64,000 nucleotides of DNA. Source: a virus. Within the stretch, counting starts at the first letter, position 1. Every line of letters starts with the position of its first letter. The position numbers and the translations under genes were made by a program. The notes below the pieces were generated by a model, which ran no database searches, had not been told where the DNA came from, and worked only from the letters and a program-made list of their open reading frames with translations. Shown here one piece after another: positions 17,799-27,308 of this stretch. The stretch covers positions 3,708-67,707 of IMG/VR virus record IMGVR_UViG_3300028648_000064; one strand, given 5' to 3'.

Positions 17799-20700
17799 CT
17801 AGGAGTTCCGGGCGGGCGGTTGCGCCTGACGGGACGCGCGGGCGCTCGCGGCCTTCACGGTCGCGTCGGATGCGAGCAGCTCGAGGAGCGCGCGCTTGAG
17901 TTCCGGCGTGAGCTTCCGGACGGCCTCGGCCGGGTTGTCGAGCCGCGTGGACCCGTCGACCTTCAGCGTGAGGTTCAATTCGAAGTTCTGGATGATCTGG
18001 ACCGGAGCCGCCGGCGCGGCGACCGGCGCCGCCGGGGCGAGCGGCACCGTCGGCGCGAGCGTCCGGAGCGTGTCGAGGAGCCCCGCGCGCGTGCCGCCGC
18101 CGAAGGTCGCGATACCGGCGAGCTCGCGGAGCTGGCGCTGGATGTCGCCGTAGGGCACCGCAGTCGCGGCGGTGAAGAAGTCTTCGAACGTCCGCCGCAC
18201 TTCGCGATCCCGGAGCGCCGCGCCGAGCGGGAGGATGAGCTCCGGGCCCGCTTCGCCGACCCGCGCGATGCGGTCGCCGCGGACGAGGCCGCCGGTTGCG
18301 AAGCCGAGGATCGGCGAAACGGCGGCGAGGTCGTAGATCTTCTTGAGCGTGGCGTCGATGACGGCGTTCTGTGCGTCCCGCGAGCGGGCCCCTCGCCAGA
18401 AGGCGCGGCCCATGATGCCCGTCGACGACACGTCATCGAACCCGCGTCCGACCATCGCGAGGAGGTGGTTTTCGAAAGCCGTGGTGCCCGGCCGCGCCGC
18501 GGCCTGCTCGGTGAGCCCGCGCCAGGTGGCGAGATCGGTGGGGCTGATGTCGTAACGCCCACTGGTCCCACCAGTGCCCCGCTCCGCCTGTCCACCTGGA
18601 CTCGTCGAGCCCGCGGCGCCTCCGGATCCCGGTGTGGCGCCGGCGTTGCCGCCTGTCGACGCGCTACCCCCCGCCGAATTCGTCGCGTCGACCGCGATAC
18701 CCTTCCCTTCGAGCACCGCGCGGATCGCCTGGAGCTCGAGGAGGCTCGACGCCTGGATGTCTTCGAGATTCACGCTCGTGACGCCCGCCGCATCGAGCTT
18801 CGCCATGAGCTCCGCGTGCTGCGCCTCGTAGAGCGCCTTCTCCTGATTCCGGATCCACTCGAGGACGCCGGCGGTGTTCTCGCTGACCTTCTGAATCTTG
18901 GCTTCGGCGTCCTTCTGGGCGGCGACGATCGCGTCCTGTTCGGCTTCGATCTGCTCGTCGATCGCCTTCAGTTGCGCCGCGGCGTCTTTCTGGAGGTCCC
19001 TGATCTCGCGCTGGAGGTCGAGCGCTTGCTGCTGCTTGTCGAGGAGACCTGCCGACTCCGAACCGGCGACGCCGGCCACGCGATCGAGCGCGTCCGTGAC
19101 CAGGTCGTAGAGGATGCGATACGCCTCGGAGGACTGCGCGAGCCCCGACTGCTGCGCGAGCTGCAAGAGCTGCGGCCCGAGCTCGTTCAACTTCTGCCCG
19201 GCCGCGATCCGTTGCTCGTCCGAGAAATCCGGGTGCGCCGTGTCGATCGTGTTGAAGTCGACCAGCGCCTTTTCGAACCGCTCGCGCAGGTTCCCGAGCT
19301 GCTGTTGCGGCGACTCGAACTGCCCCCGGAGCGTGAGGAGGGTGTCCTGCGTGGTGTCGAGGAGGCCTTTCCACGCCTGCATCTTCGCGATCGATTCCTG
19401 GATGAGCTCGAGCTCCTCCTGGCGGGCTTCGATCGCGGCCTGCGAGGCTTCTTGAATCGCCGCGCGTTCCTCTTGGAGGTCGGCGATCCGCTCCTGGTGG
19501 CCTTCGATGACCGCGGCCGTCTCGGCTTCGATCGCGGCGATGCGGATCGCGAGGTCCTTCTCGGCGAGGTCCTTCAGCGTGACGAGCGCGGCCGCCTTCT
19601 CGGCGGAGGTCGGTTCGTCGGGGCCACCCGCCGTGCGACGCACGTAGCTCTCGATCTCGTCGGGGTTGATGAGCCCCGTCTGCCCGGCCCGGATGACGTC
19701 GGAGAGCGAGCCGAAGAAGCCGAGCTGCGTCAGCTGAAACTCCTTCGCGATGTCCGGGAGGTCGCGCTTCAGGATCTCGGGGGAGGCCTTCCCCTGGTTC
19801 CGGAGGGCGAAGATGCGGGCGTCGATGTCGTTTTGGAATTGGCGGTGGGCGGCGTCGAGCTGCACGACGGCGGTCGCGAGGCCGATCGCGTCGGTGGTGC
19901 TACTCGTCGTGACGTCGAGCGCCGCGTCGAAGGCTTCGCCGATGTTGAAGATCGCGAGCCCGAGCTGGCGGAGTGCCGGCGTCAGCGTCTCGATCGTCGC
20001 GACTGCGGCGAGCCCGGCGTCCTGGAGCGTATCCGTGAGCGCATCGAGCGCGGTCGCGTCCTGCGGCCCCGCCTGGAACTCCTTGAACGCCTTGTCGACC
20101 GTGTCGAAGAACCCCGCGAGCGCACCGGTGTCGATCTGCGCCCGGAGAAAGCCTTCGACGATCGAGGACGTGACCATGTCCTGGATCTTCCGACCGGCGG
20201 AGAGCACGAAGGCATCAACGGCGTCGTCGAGCAGCTGCTCTTGCGTCCCGTTCTTGATCGCCTCGGCCGCGCCCTGCTCGATCGTCTGCCGAAAGTTGGC
20301 GACGAGCGGATTTAGCAACTCGACCGAGCGCACCGCCTGCTGCAAGCGCTCGTTCAGCGCCTCGAAGGTGACAACGCCCTGCTCGCCCGCGTCGGTGAGG
20401 GTCTGGTCGAGCAGCTCGAGTGCGCGGACACCCGCGTGCACGCCCGGCGGAAGATCTTGGAACACGGCGTTGATCGCCTCGATCTCTTCTTTGTAGACGT
20501 CGAGGCCCTTCTGGTTCTTGTCGGAGAGGTCGAACTTGATCGTCGGGGCGGGCCCCGCGTAGAGATCCGCGAGCGCCTGGATGACGGCGCGATAGTCTTC
20601 CGCGGCGATCTTCCCGCCCTTGAGCGCGTCGCCGAGGTCGTCGAAGACCTTCGCCGGGTCCCCGAGCTTCCCGATCGAGATGCGGAGGAGCTCCATCGCG

Positions 20701-23700
20701 GTGACCGCGTTGGCGCCGCCCTCCGCCATGGACCCGAGCATCGCCGCGATGGTCGCGAGGTTCCGCTGCTCCTGGCTCCCGCCCTTGTCGCCGAGGACGG
20801 TCGCTTTGAACGCGAATCCGAGTGCGGTGAACTGCGCGATCTGCTCTTTCCCGAGCCCGATCGATTCGCCCTGGAGTCGGATGTACTCGCGGAGCCCATC
20901 GGAGAACGAGCCCTGCCCGCGCTTCTCGAAGTCGCGCGCGAAGTCCTGGCCGAGCGAGCGGTCGAAGTTCCCCTTGATGAACTCGCCGTCCTGGAGCACC
21001 GGCACGTTCCCGAAGAAGGGGGCGAACCGCCGGCTCTCGTGCTTCCGGTTCTTCTCTTCGAGGAAGCCCTCGAAGGCGACGCGCGTCGCCGTACCGCCCG
21101 TCGGGGGCTTCGTGAACGCGGCGAAGGCGAACAGCGGGAGCAGCATCGGACCAAGCGGTCCCGCGAGGGCACCGGCGAGCTTCGCGATGTCGAGGCCGGA
21201 CGCGCCGCCGAACATGGTGCCCTGGATGACGCCGAAGAGGTTGGAGGCCCCGGACCCGCCGCCGGGGTTATTGCCGAGCCCGCCGAACGAGCCCATGCCC
21301 GCGAGCATCGCCGTGAAGTTGGCGATCGCGAGCGTGAACGGATCGAACGTGGACATGAACATCTTCCGCGTGTCGGCCGTGCTGAACGCGCTCTTCCGGT
21401 TCTCCTCGACAGCCGAGAGGCCAAGGAAGGCTTCGATGGCGGCGACGACGGCGGCGAGGATGCCGGCGGTCGAGGCGGCGCCGGCGATGCTGCCGCCGGC
21501 CGTCCCGGCGCTGATGCCGACCGCTCCCGTCGACGACGACGCCCCCTCAGCGACGACAGCCGCCCCGAGCGCGGCATCCGAGAACCCGACGAAGCCGGGT
21601 GCGATGGACGCGACGGCCGAGCCCCCGGCACCACCGAGGCCGAGCGCGCCCGTGATGCTGCTCGCCAGTGGCGTCAGGATGCCGCCGAACGCCGCGTTCA
21701 GCGACCCGCCGAGCGACGCGCCGCCGGTCCACGCGGAAAAGCCGTTGTAGATCCCGCGGAGCAGCGAGACCATGGTGCTCGTATTCGAGACCATGCTGCC
21801 GACGTTGCCGCTCGCGACTGCCGACCCGAGCTGCGCGACGTTGCCGGCGGTCGTCGCCGCCTGGCCGATCGACGATGCCCCGGAGAAGAGCGAGCCGACA
21901 CCGCTGATGCCGGAGAGGATCGTGCCGACGGCGGTGCCGAAGCCGCCGCCGCCGCCTTGCCCGCCACCACTCCCCCCACCCGAGAAGAGCGAGCCAATGA
22001 TGCCGAGCACACTCGACGCCATGCTCCCGACCTTCCCGAAGGCACTGCCGAAGAGACTGACGATCGCCCCCGCCCCCTGCGACGCCATCGCGGGAATGTC
22101 CCGCAAGAGGTTCACGGAGAGCGGTTGGTCGAGAAACTGGAACTTCGAGTGGATCGTCGCCTTGAAGGCGTCGGCGAAGAGGGACTTGAAGCCGTCGGTC
22201 AGGAGCTTCCCGGCGTCGAGCCCCTTCCGCGTCCCCGAGAGCATGCCGTCGACGAAGCCGTCGATGATGGTGTCGAAGGAGTCGGCGAGGTTGATCGTCG
22301 ATTTGTCGATCGCCGCCCGCATGCGCTCGATGTTTTCGGCGGCGGCGACCGAGGCCTCGGCGGTGATCGGCGGGACGTTCGCCCGTTCGAGGCGTGCGAC
22401 CGCGAGCTTGTGCTCCGCCTCGGCGAGCGACAGCGTGCCGGCCTGGACCTGCGCCAGGAGTTGGATCTCTTCGAGGAGTCCGCCAGCGGCGTTCAAGTTG
22501 TCGAGCTCTTCGCGGGCGGCGATGTCGACCTTGACCGCCTGGGCGACGCTGAAATGCGCCCGCGCGGCGGCTTCGGCGGCGTCCGCCTGCTGGCTGTCCG
22601 CGGCTTTCACCCGCGCGGCCGCAATCGCGAGCCGCTCGTCGAGTTGGAGCCGGCTCTCGCCGCTGGCGATCGCCTGCTGGAACGCCGCGTGCTGGGCTTC
22701 GAGCTCGGCCGTCTGCTCTCGCAGGTTCGTGATGTAGCTCTCGCCCGCTTTGATCTTGGCGATTTCGTCGTTGTACTGCGCGGCCGCGAGTGCCGCGGCT
22801 TCGGTCGCCTGCGCGACCTCCTGGTTGCCGGTCTTCACGAGCGCTTTGGCGCCCGCCACCTTCGCCTCGATCTCGATCGTCGAGAGCCCGGCCGCGACGC
22901 CTTCGCGGCGTGCCTCGGCCTCGGCCTTCAGCTCGCGGATGTTCTCCTGCGCGTCCTTCAGCGCCGATTGCTGCGTCTTCCCGAGGTCGCGGAGCGCCTT
23001 GTCTTGCTCCTTCGTCGCCGCCACGAGGCCGAGTCGCTCGTTGGCCTCGATGGCGAAGGCCAGGGCGTTCGAGCGGTTCTTCGTTTGGAAGCCGGTCTCG
23101 CGCGCCGCGACGAGGATGTCGGTCTTTTCGCTGCTGAGGCCTTGGGCCGCGGCCTGGCGGCGACTTTCGTTCTCGCGTCGGAGCGCACCGAGCGAGTCGC
23201 CGAACGCCACGCGCGCCGACGCCCGCGCTTCGGCGAGGCGCTTCTCTTCGAGCGCCGCGAGCCGTGCCGCCTCGGCCTCGCCCGCGAACGCCTGGGCGAG
23301 GTTCAAGCTGGCGACGGTGAGCGCCTGCGCGAGGGGGCTCGCCGTCCGGTAGCCGTCCGCGAGCTCGCCGAGCCCTTGGCGGTTCCGGCTCGACGCCGCG
23401 GCGGAGCCGTCGGCCGCAGCGGCGACCTGATTAACGCCAGCGGCCGCGCGCACGGCGGCGCCTTCGAGGGGGCGCAGCGCCTCTTCCGTGCGCGCGGCCT
23501 CATCGGCCGTCGCTTTCAGGTACTCCCCGATTCCTAGCGCTACGGCACCGATGACGGCGCCGGGTGCCCCCACGCGCGATCCGATGGCAGCGCCCGCCCC
23601 ACCGACCAACAGGACACGGAGAAGCGTGGAGCGATCGACGATGTTCTGCGCACGCTCCAGCCCGGCTGCGAACGTGTTGACCCACTCTGTAATTTCGCGC

Positions 23701-24848
23701 ACGCCATCGGTTAGGCCGCGCTGGCTGCCCTGTATCTGGAGCCCGAGATTGACGAACGCGTTGCCGAGCCGCGTGAGCTGCTCGAGCAGCGTGTCAGTGT
23801 TGGCCTTCGCCTGCTCGTACGCCGCCCCGGTGCCCGTCACCTTCCCCCGGAGCACCTCGGCCGCGTTCGCCGTCTGGATCATCTGCGCCGCGACGACGGC
23901 GTTGCGGTCGCCGAACTCCTGCGCGAGATCCGAGATCGTGAAGCCCTTGGCGCCGAGGTTCAGCAGCGCCTGCGTGAGCCCGACCACCTTCGGGTTCGTC
24001 TCGTCCGCGCCGGCGCCGAGCTTCAAGAGCACGTTCCGGAAGCCGGTCGCGAACTCTTCCGCGGGGGCGCCGAACTCGGCGAGCTTTTCGAGCGTCGCGA
24101 CCGTCTGCTCGAACGACACGCCGACCGAGGCGGCGACGGCCCCTGACTTCACGAGCGCATCGGTCAGCTCGGGAATCTCCGCCTTCCCGAACTTGGCGCC
24201 GGCGGCGAGGACGTTCACGAAGCGCGCCGCTTGGTCGGCGCCCGCCCCGAACTGCGACAGCGCGTTGGTGGTCGCGCGAGCGGCTTCCGCAAGCCCCAGG
24301 CCCGACGCTTCCGAGAGCGTGATGACTTCCTTCGTGACCTTGGCGAGCGCGTCGGCGTTCTCGAGAAGCTCGGGCTTGGCGGACGCGACGAGCTTGAACG
24401 CCTCGGCGACGTCGCGCGCCGACTGCGTCGAGTCCCGCGAGAACTCGATGGCCTTCTGGCGGAGCACATCGAGATCCCGCCCGGTCTGCCCCGTGATCGC
24501 AGACACGTTCGCAAGCGTCTTGTTGAACTCCGCCGCCTCGCGCGCACTCCGGAGGTACGCCGCGCCGAGAATCGCGGCACCACCCGCCGCGGCTGTGCCG
24601 GCGGGCCCAAGCGCCTTCAGCACCGCCCCGGTTGCGCCGAGCCGATCCGCGTACGCTTCGGTGCGGAGGCGCGCTGCATCGACCGCCGCCGCGTAGGCCG
24701 TCGTTGCGCGCGTCGCCGCGGGTGCCGCGTCCCCGACGTCGACGAACGCTTTCTTGACGCGGACGCCGGACGCAGCAAGGCTCTCCATCGCCTTCTGCGC
24801 CTGATCCGTGGTGGCACGGATGCGGATCTCGACGGTTTCGTTAGCCAC
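17799..24848 (-). CDS. tape measure protein (TP901-type N-terminal domain), 2349 aa
   Basis: Ala-rich helical; SARDVAEAFKLVAS, LNVLAAGAKFG-like TP901 core; C-terminal GFATGG...VGEAGPELILPL; follows the tail chaperones. Confidence 0.93.
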   Translation of the reverse strand: MANETVEIRIRATTDQAQKAMESLAASGVRVKKAFVDVGDAAPAATRATTAYAAAVDAARLRTEAYADRLGATGAVLKALGPAGTAAAGGAAILGAAYLRSAREAAEFNKTLANVSAITGQTGRDLDVLRQKAIEFSRDSTQSARDVAEAFKLVASAKPELLENADALAKVTKEVITLSEASGLGLAEAARATTNALSQFGAGADQAARFVNVLAAGAKFGKAEIPELTDALVKSGAVAASVGVSFEQTVATLEKLAEFGAPAEEFATGFRNVLLKLGAGADETNPKVVGLTQALLNLGAKGFTISDLAQEFGDRNAVVAAQMIQTANAAEVLRGKVTGTGAAYEQAKANTDTLLEQLTRLGNAFVNLGLQIQGSQRGLTDGVREITEWVNTFAAGLERAQNIVDRSTLLRVLLVGGAGAAIGSRVGAPGAVIGAVALGIGEYLKATADEAARTEEALRPLEGAAVRAAAGVNQVAAAADGSAAASSRNRQGLGELADGYRTASPLAQALTVASLNLAQAFAGEAEAARLAALEEKRLAEARASARVAFGDSLGALRRENESRRQAAAQGLSSEKTDILVAARETGFQTKNRSNALAFAIEANERLGLVAATKEQDKALRDLGKTQQSALKDAQENIRELKAEAEARREGVAAGLSTIEIEAKVAGAKALVKTGNQEVAQATEAAALAAAQYNDEIAKIKAGESYITNLREQTAELEAQHAAFQQAIASGESRLQLDERLAIAAARVKAADSQQADAAEAAARAHFSVAQAVKVDIAAREELDNLNAAGGLLEEIQLLAQVQAGTLSLAEAEHKLAVARLERANVPPITAEASVAAAENIERMRAAIDKSTINLADSFDTIIDGFVDGMLSGTRKGLDAGKLLTDGFKSLFADAFKATIHSKFQFLDQPLSVNLLRDIPAMASQGAGAIVSLFGSAFGKVGSMASSVLGIIGSLFSGGGSGGGQGGGGGFGTAVGTILSGISGVGSLFSGASSIGQAATTAGNVAQLGSAVASGNVGSMVSNTSTMVSLLRGIYNGFSAWTGGASLGGSLNAAFGGILTPLASSITGALGLGGAGGSAVASIAPGFVGFSDAALGAAVVAEGASSSTGAVGISAGTAGGSIAGAASTAGILAAVVAAIEAFLGLSAVEENRKSAFSTADTRKMFMSTFDPFTLAIANFTAMLAGMGSFGGLGNNPGGGSGASNLFGVIQGTMFGGASGLDIAKLAGALAGPLGPMLLPLFAFAAFTKPPTGGTATRVAFEGFLEEKNRKHESRRFAPFFGNVPVLQDGEFIKGNFDRSLGQDFARDFEKRGQGSFSDGLREYIRLQGESIGLGKEQIAQFTALGFAFKATVLGDKGGSQEQRNLATIAAMLGSMAEGGANAVTAMELLRISIGKLGDPAKVFDDLGDALKGGKIAAEDYRAVIQALADLYAGPAPTIKFDLSDKNQKGLDVYKEEIEAINAVFQDLPPGVHAGVRALELLDQTLTDAGEQGVVTFEALNERLQQAVRSVELLNPLVANFRQTIEQGAAEAIKNGTQEQLLDDAVDAFVLSAGRKIQDMVTSSIVEGFLRAQIDTGALAGFFDTVDKAFKEFQAGPQDATALDALTDTLQDAGLAAVATIETLTPALRQLGLAIFNIGEAFDAALDVTTSSTTDAIGLATAVVQLDAAHRQFQNDIDARIFALRNQGKASPEILKRDLPDIAKEFQLTQLGFFGSLSDVIRAGQTGLINPDEIESYVRRTAGGPDEPTSAEKAAALVTLKDLAEKDLAIRIAAIEAETAAVIEGHQERIADLQEERAAIQEASQAAIEARQEELELIQESIAKMQAWKGLLDTTQDTLLTLRGQFESPQQQLGNLRERFEKALVDFNTIDTAHPDFSDEQRIAAGQKLNELGPQLLQLAQQSGLAQSSEAYRILYDLVTDALDRVAGVAGSESAGLLDKQQQALDLQREIRDLQKDAAAQLKAIDEQIEAEQDAIVAAQKDAEAKIQKVSENTAGVLEWIRNQEKALYEAQHAELMAKLDAAGVTSVNLEDIQASSLLELQAIRAVLEGKGIAVDATNSAGGSASTGGNAGATPGSGGAAGSTSPGGQAERGTGGTSGRYDISPTDLATWRGLTEQAAARPGTTAFENHLLAMVGRGFDDVSSTGIMGRAFWRGARSRDAQNAVIDATLKKIYDLAAVSPILGFATGGLVRGDRIARVGEAGPELILPLGAALRDREVRRTFEDFFTAATAVPYGDIQRQLRELAGIATFGGGTRAGLLDTLRTLAPTVPLAPAAPVAAPAAPVQIIQNFELNLTLKVDGSTRLDNPAEAVRKLTPELKRALLELLASDATVKAASARASRQAQPPARNS

Positions 24849-24877
24849 GGGCGGTTTGCTGGTGTTAAGGGGCTGGC

Positions 24878-25201
24878 GTGCGAAAGCTGGCGATCCGGGT
24901 GTCGCTACTGGGCTTGCTGACGGCGTCGCCCTGCGCAGCGGAGGACACGGCGGTCGTGGCGGCCACGCTCACCGACCCGGCCGCAGAGTGCCGCTACGTT
25001 GCGCAGCTCTGCGCAGACGCGATCCGGGCGCGCGACGCGGCGCGGATCGAGCTCGACTCCCGAACCGGCACACGCGCCGAGACAGCGAAGTCCGATGCGC
25101 GCGGCGCTATGAAGGTCGTGCGCGCCAAGCATGCGACGATGCCGTCGTGCTTCACGGTCCGGGACTGCGCCGTGCTCTTCGACCTCGACGACTTCCGGTA
25201 A
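24878..25201 (+). CDS. secreted Cys-containing protein, opposite-strand moron
   Basis: AAGGGG RBS; signal peptide MRKLAIRVSLLGLLTASPCAA; four further Cys. Confidence 0.65.
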   Translation: MRKLAIRVSLLGLLTASPCAAEDTAVVAATLTDPAAECRYVAQLCADAIRARDAARIELDSRTGTRAETAKSDARGAMKVVRAKHATMPSCFTVRDCAVLFDLDDFR

Positions 25202-25202
25202 G

Positions 25203-25589
25203 TCACTCGTCGCCGTTCAGCATCGCGATGCCCCAGTAGATGTCGTCGCGCGCCGCGAGCGTGTCTTCGACGTTGAAGAGCTCCGGGTGATCGTAGACGA
25301 GTCGGAGCGCCTCGAGACTCGGCGCCCACCGGGGCGGCTCGTCCTTCGCGTTGACCTTCGTGCTGCACGCGCGCACGAGGGACGCCGTCGGCCAGACGTC
25401 AGTTTCCTCGTACGGACACCGCCAGCATTCCTCGCCCGGGTGTTCGCCCGGGCAGCACGCGCGCACGCACCCGCTCCGGACTGATCCGGAGCGGGTGAGC
25501 GTCTCGCATTGCGTCTCGTCTTTCGGTGCCGCGGTCTCGCCGGCGTCCCGCGCGGCTAGGAAGCGGAGGAGCCGGCGGAGCCTTTTCCC
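25203..25589 (-). CDS. tail assembly chaperone -1 frameshift extension (gpGT-like C-terminal part)
   Basis: -1 frame entered at the GGGAAAA slippery site reads GKRLRRLLRFL...C..C...WGIAMLNGDE; lies immediately upstream of the TMP. Confidence 0.7.
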   Translation of the reverse strand, partial: GKRLRRLLRFLAARDAGETAAPKDETQCETLTRSGSVRSGCVRACCPGEHPGEECWRCPYEETDVWPTASLVRACSTKVNAKDEPPRWAPSLEALRLVYDHPELFNVEDTLAARDDIYWGIAMLNGDE

Positions 25590-26032
25590 CGCGCGTCCTT
25601 CGCCTTCTGGACCTGCTCGTCCTGCTCGTCGATCCACGCCTGGATCTTGTTCTGAAAGCGCGACGGGAGCCCGTGCCGGAAGAGGCAGACCGCGAGGCCT
25701 TCGTCGTAGGGCAGCGTGCCGCCGTTCTCGGATTCGATCTTCTGGAGCGCGGCGAGGTCTTCGTCGATCGGGTCGATCTTGAAGACGTCCGTCACCATGG
25801 CGAGCGTCAGGCCCGACCACTTCGGCTCGAGCATCTCGCGGAGGAAGTCGACGGCGAACTTCTGATGTGCCTGCTCGTCGTTCACGTCCTGGCCGCGGCG
25901 CGTGAACGCCTTGGTCCGGATGTGCTGGCGCCGCGCCGGATTGGCGTAGCGCAGACCGATGGTGAAGGCCTCATAGATCGGGAGCGGCTCGTACGGATTC
26001 CCTTGCGAGGATTCTTTGACCCGAATCTGCAT
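25556..26032 (-). CDS. tail assembly chaperone (gpG-like)
   Basis: AAAGGAG RBS; between tail tube and TMP; slippery heptamer near the 3' end. Confidence 0.8.
   Translation of the reverse strand: MQIRVKESSQGNPYEPLPIYEAFTIGLRYANPARRQHIRTKAFTRRGQDVNDEQAHQKFAVDFLREMLEPKWSGLTLAMVTDVFKIDPIDEDLAALQKIESENGGTLPYDEGLAVCLFRHGLPSRFQNKIQAWIDEQDEQVQKAKDARGKGSAGSSAS
25583..25589 (-). other. programmed -1 ribosomal frameshift heptamer G GGA AAA
   Basis: In-frame codons CGG GGA AAA of the chaperone; X XXY YYZ form, like the lambda G/T site GGGAAAG. Confidence 0.8.
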
Positions 26033-26189
26033 GTCGTTCTCCTTTGCGTGTGTGGTGTGAGGCTGGTCGACATGCCGTGTGCGGCGACCCGGTGTGGCGA
26101 CCCGTGGCGACCCGAGGGAGGCCGGGGACGCGGTGGGTCAGGCCGCGCCCCCGGGACGGCCCGCGTTCCGGACCGTCAGGCGGTGCGTA

Positions 26190-27170
26190 TTACGGCTTCC
26201 AGACCTCGATCATGAGCTCATCCTCGGCGGTCGCCGCGGAGAGCTTCTGCTCGATGGCGAGCGTGCCGTGGTCGTTCTCCTCGCCCTTGGTCATCTTCGC
26301 GATGCGCGTCTTGATCGTGAAGCGCGTCTTCCCGCCGTCCGAATCGGTGTGCGTGAAGATGGTGGTGAGGCGTGCGCCGCTGTCCTTCGCCGCCTCGAGC
26401 GCGAGGTACTCGGAGGCGGTCATGCCAATCGTCATGGTGAGCCGCGGAGCGCGTTTCCCCATGAGGTAGCCGGCGAGGCCCGAGCTCGCGTTGAAGTCGG
26501 TGTCGGGGTTGATCGGCCAGCCCTGGTCGAGCGAGAACGACTTGCCGACCGGGGTGATCGTCGAGCCGCCGGCGATCGCGATCGTGCAGCTCTCGGCCTT
26601 CATCGTGGCGATGTTCGCGGCCGGGAGGGTGAGCGTCGGCGCCGCGAACGACGTCGCCGCCGCGTAGGCGCCCTGGAGTGTCGCCTCGATCGTGATCGGC
26701 TGGCCCGCCGAGCCCGCCCAGACGAGCGAGCCGTAGCAGCCGAGGATCCGGTGGAGCAGTCCGTTCCCCGAGACCGAGTCCTCGAAGAAGTGCACGTCCC
26801 CCGACTCGAAGCCCGAGGAGCGGAACTTGTAGACGGCGGTCCCGGCCCCCGGCGTCGTCCGCGCCATGCCGCACATGCGGTAGATGGCGTCGAGGCGGTA
26901 GCCGGCGATCGACGAGCCGTAGGCCTGGAGGTTGAAGCCCGGCCGGAGCGTCGAGGTCTGATTGCCGATCGTCGAGCCGGGATCGGTGAACGAGGTCGAG
27001 AGCGGGTTCAGGTCGATCTCTTCCGTGTTGACGTCGAAGGGCGTCTTGTTCCGGAAGAGGAGGTTCGCCGATTCGAACGCAGACGAGACCGCGACGGCAG
27101 CCCCCGCGCCGTACGCAGATTCGAGACGGGCGTCGACGGCAATCGCGTTGACGTTCATCTTGATGCCCAT
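26190..27170 (-). CDS. major tail tube protein (326 aa)
   Basis: AAAGGA RBS before MGIKMN; beta-rich Thr/Ser/Gly composition; position upstream of the chaperones. Confidence 0.8.
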   Translation of the reverse strand: MGIKMNVNAIAVDARLESAYGAGAAVAVSSAFESANLLFRNKTPFDVNTEEIDLNPLSTSFTDPGSTIGNQTSTLRPGFNLQAYGSSIAGYRLDAIYRMCGMARTTPGAGTAVYKFRSSGFESGDVHFFEDSVSGNGLLHRILGCYGSLVWAGSAGQPITIEATLQGAYAAATSFAAPTLTLPAANIATMKAESCTIAIAGGSTITPVGKSFSLDQGWPINPDTDFNASSGLAGYLMGKRAPRLTMTIGMTASEYLALEAAKDSGARLTTIFTHTDSDGGKTRFTIKTRIAKMTKGEENDHGTLAIEQKLSAATAEDELMIEVWKP

Positions 27171-27308
27171 GGGATCAATCCTTTCGTGCCGCCGACGTCG
27201 GGGACGCCGGGTATGCGGACGCACGACGGCCCGACGACCGGAGCAGTCGCTCCCGCGTCAGGTCGCGTGACATCGTGCTGTGCGTGGTGGTGAGTGCGGC
27301 GGGTTCGG

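Noticed and set aside
10324-23537. Long plus-strand ORFs (10324-13281, 13411-15069, 15003-17780, 17820-20315, 20436-23537)
   Set aside because: Antisense shadows of well-supported minus-strand genes
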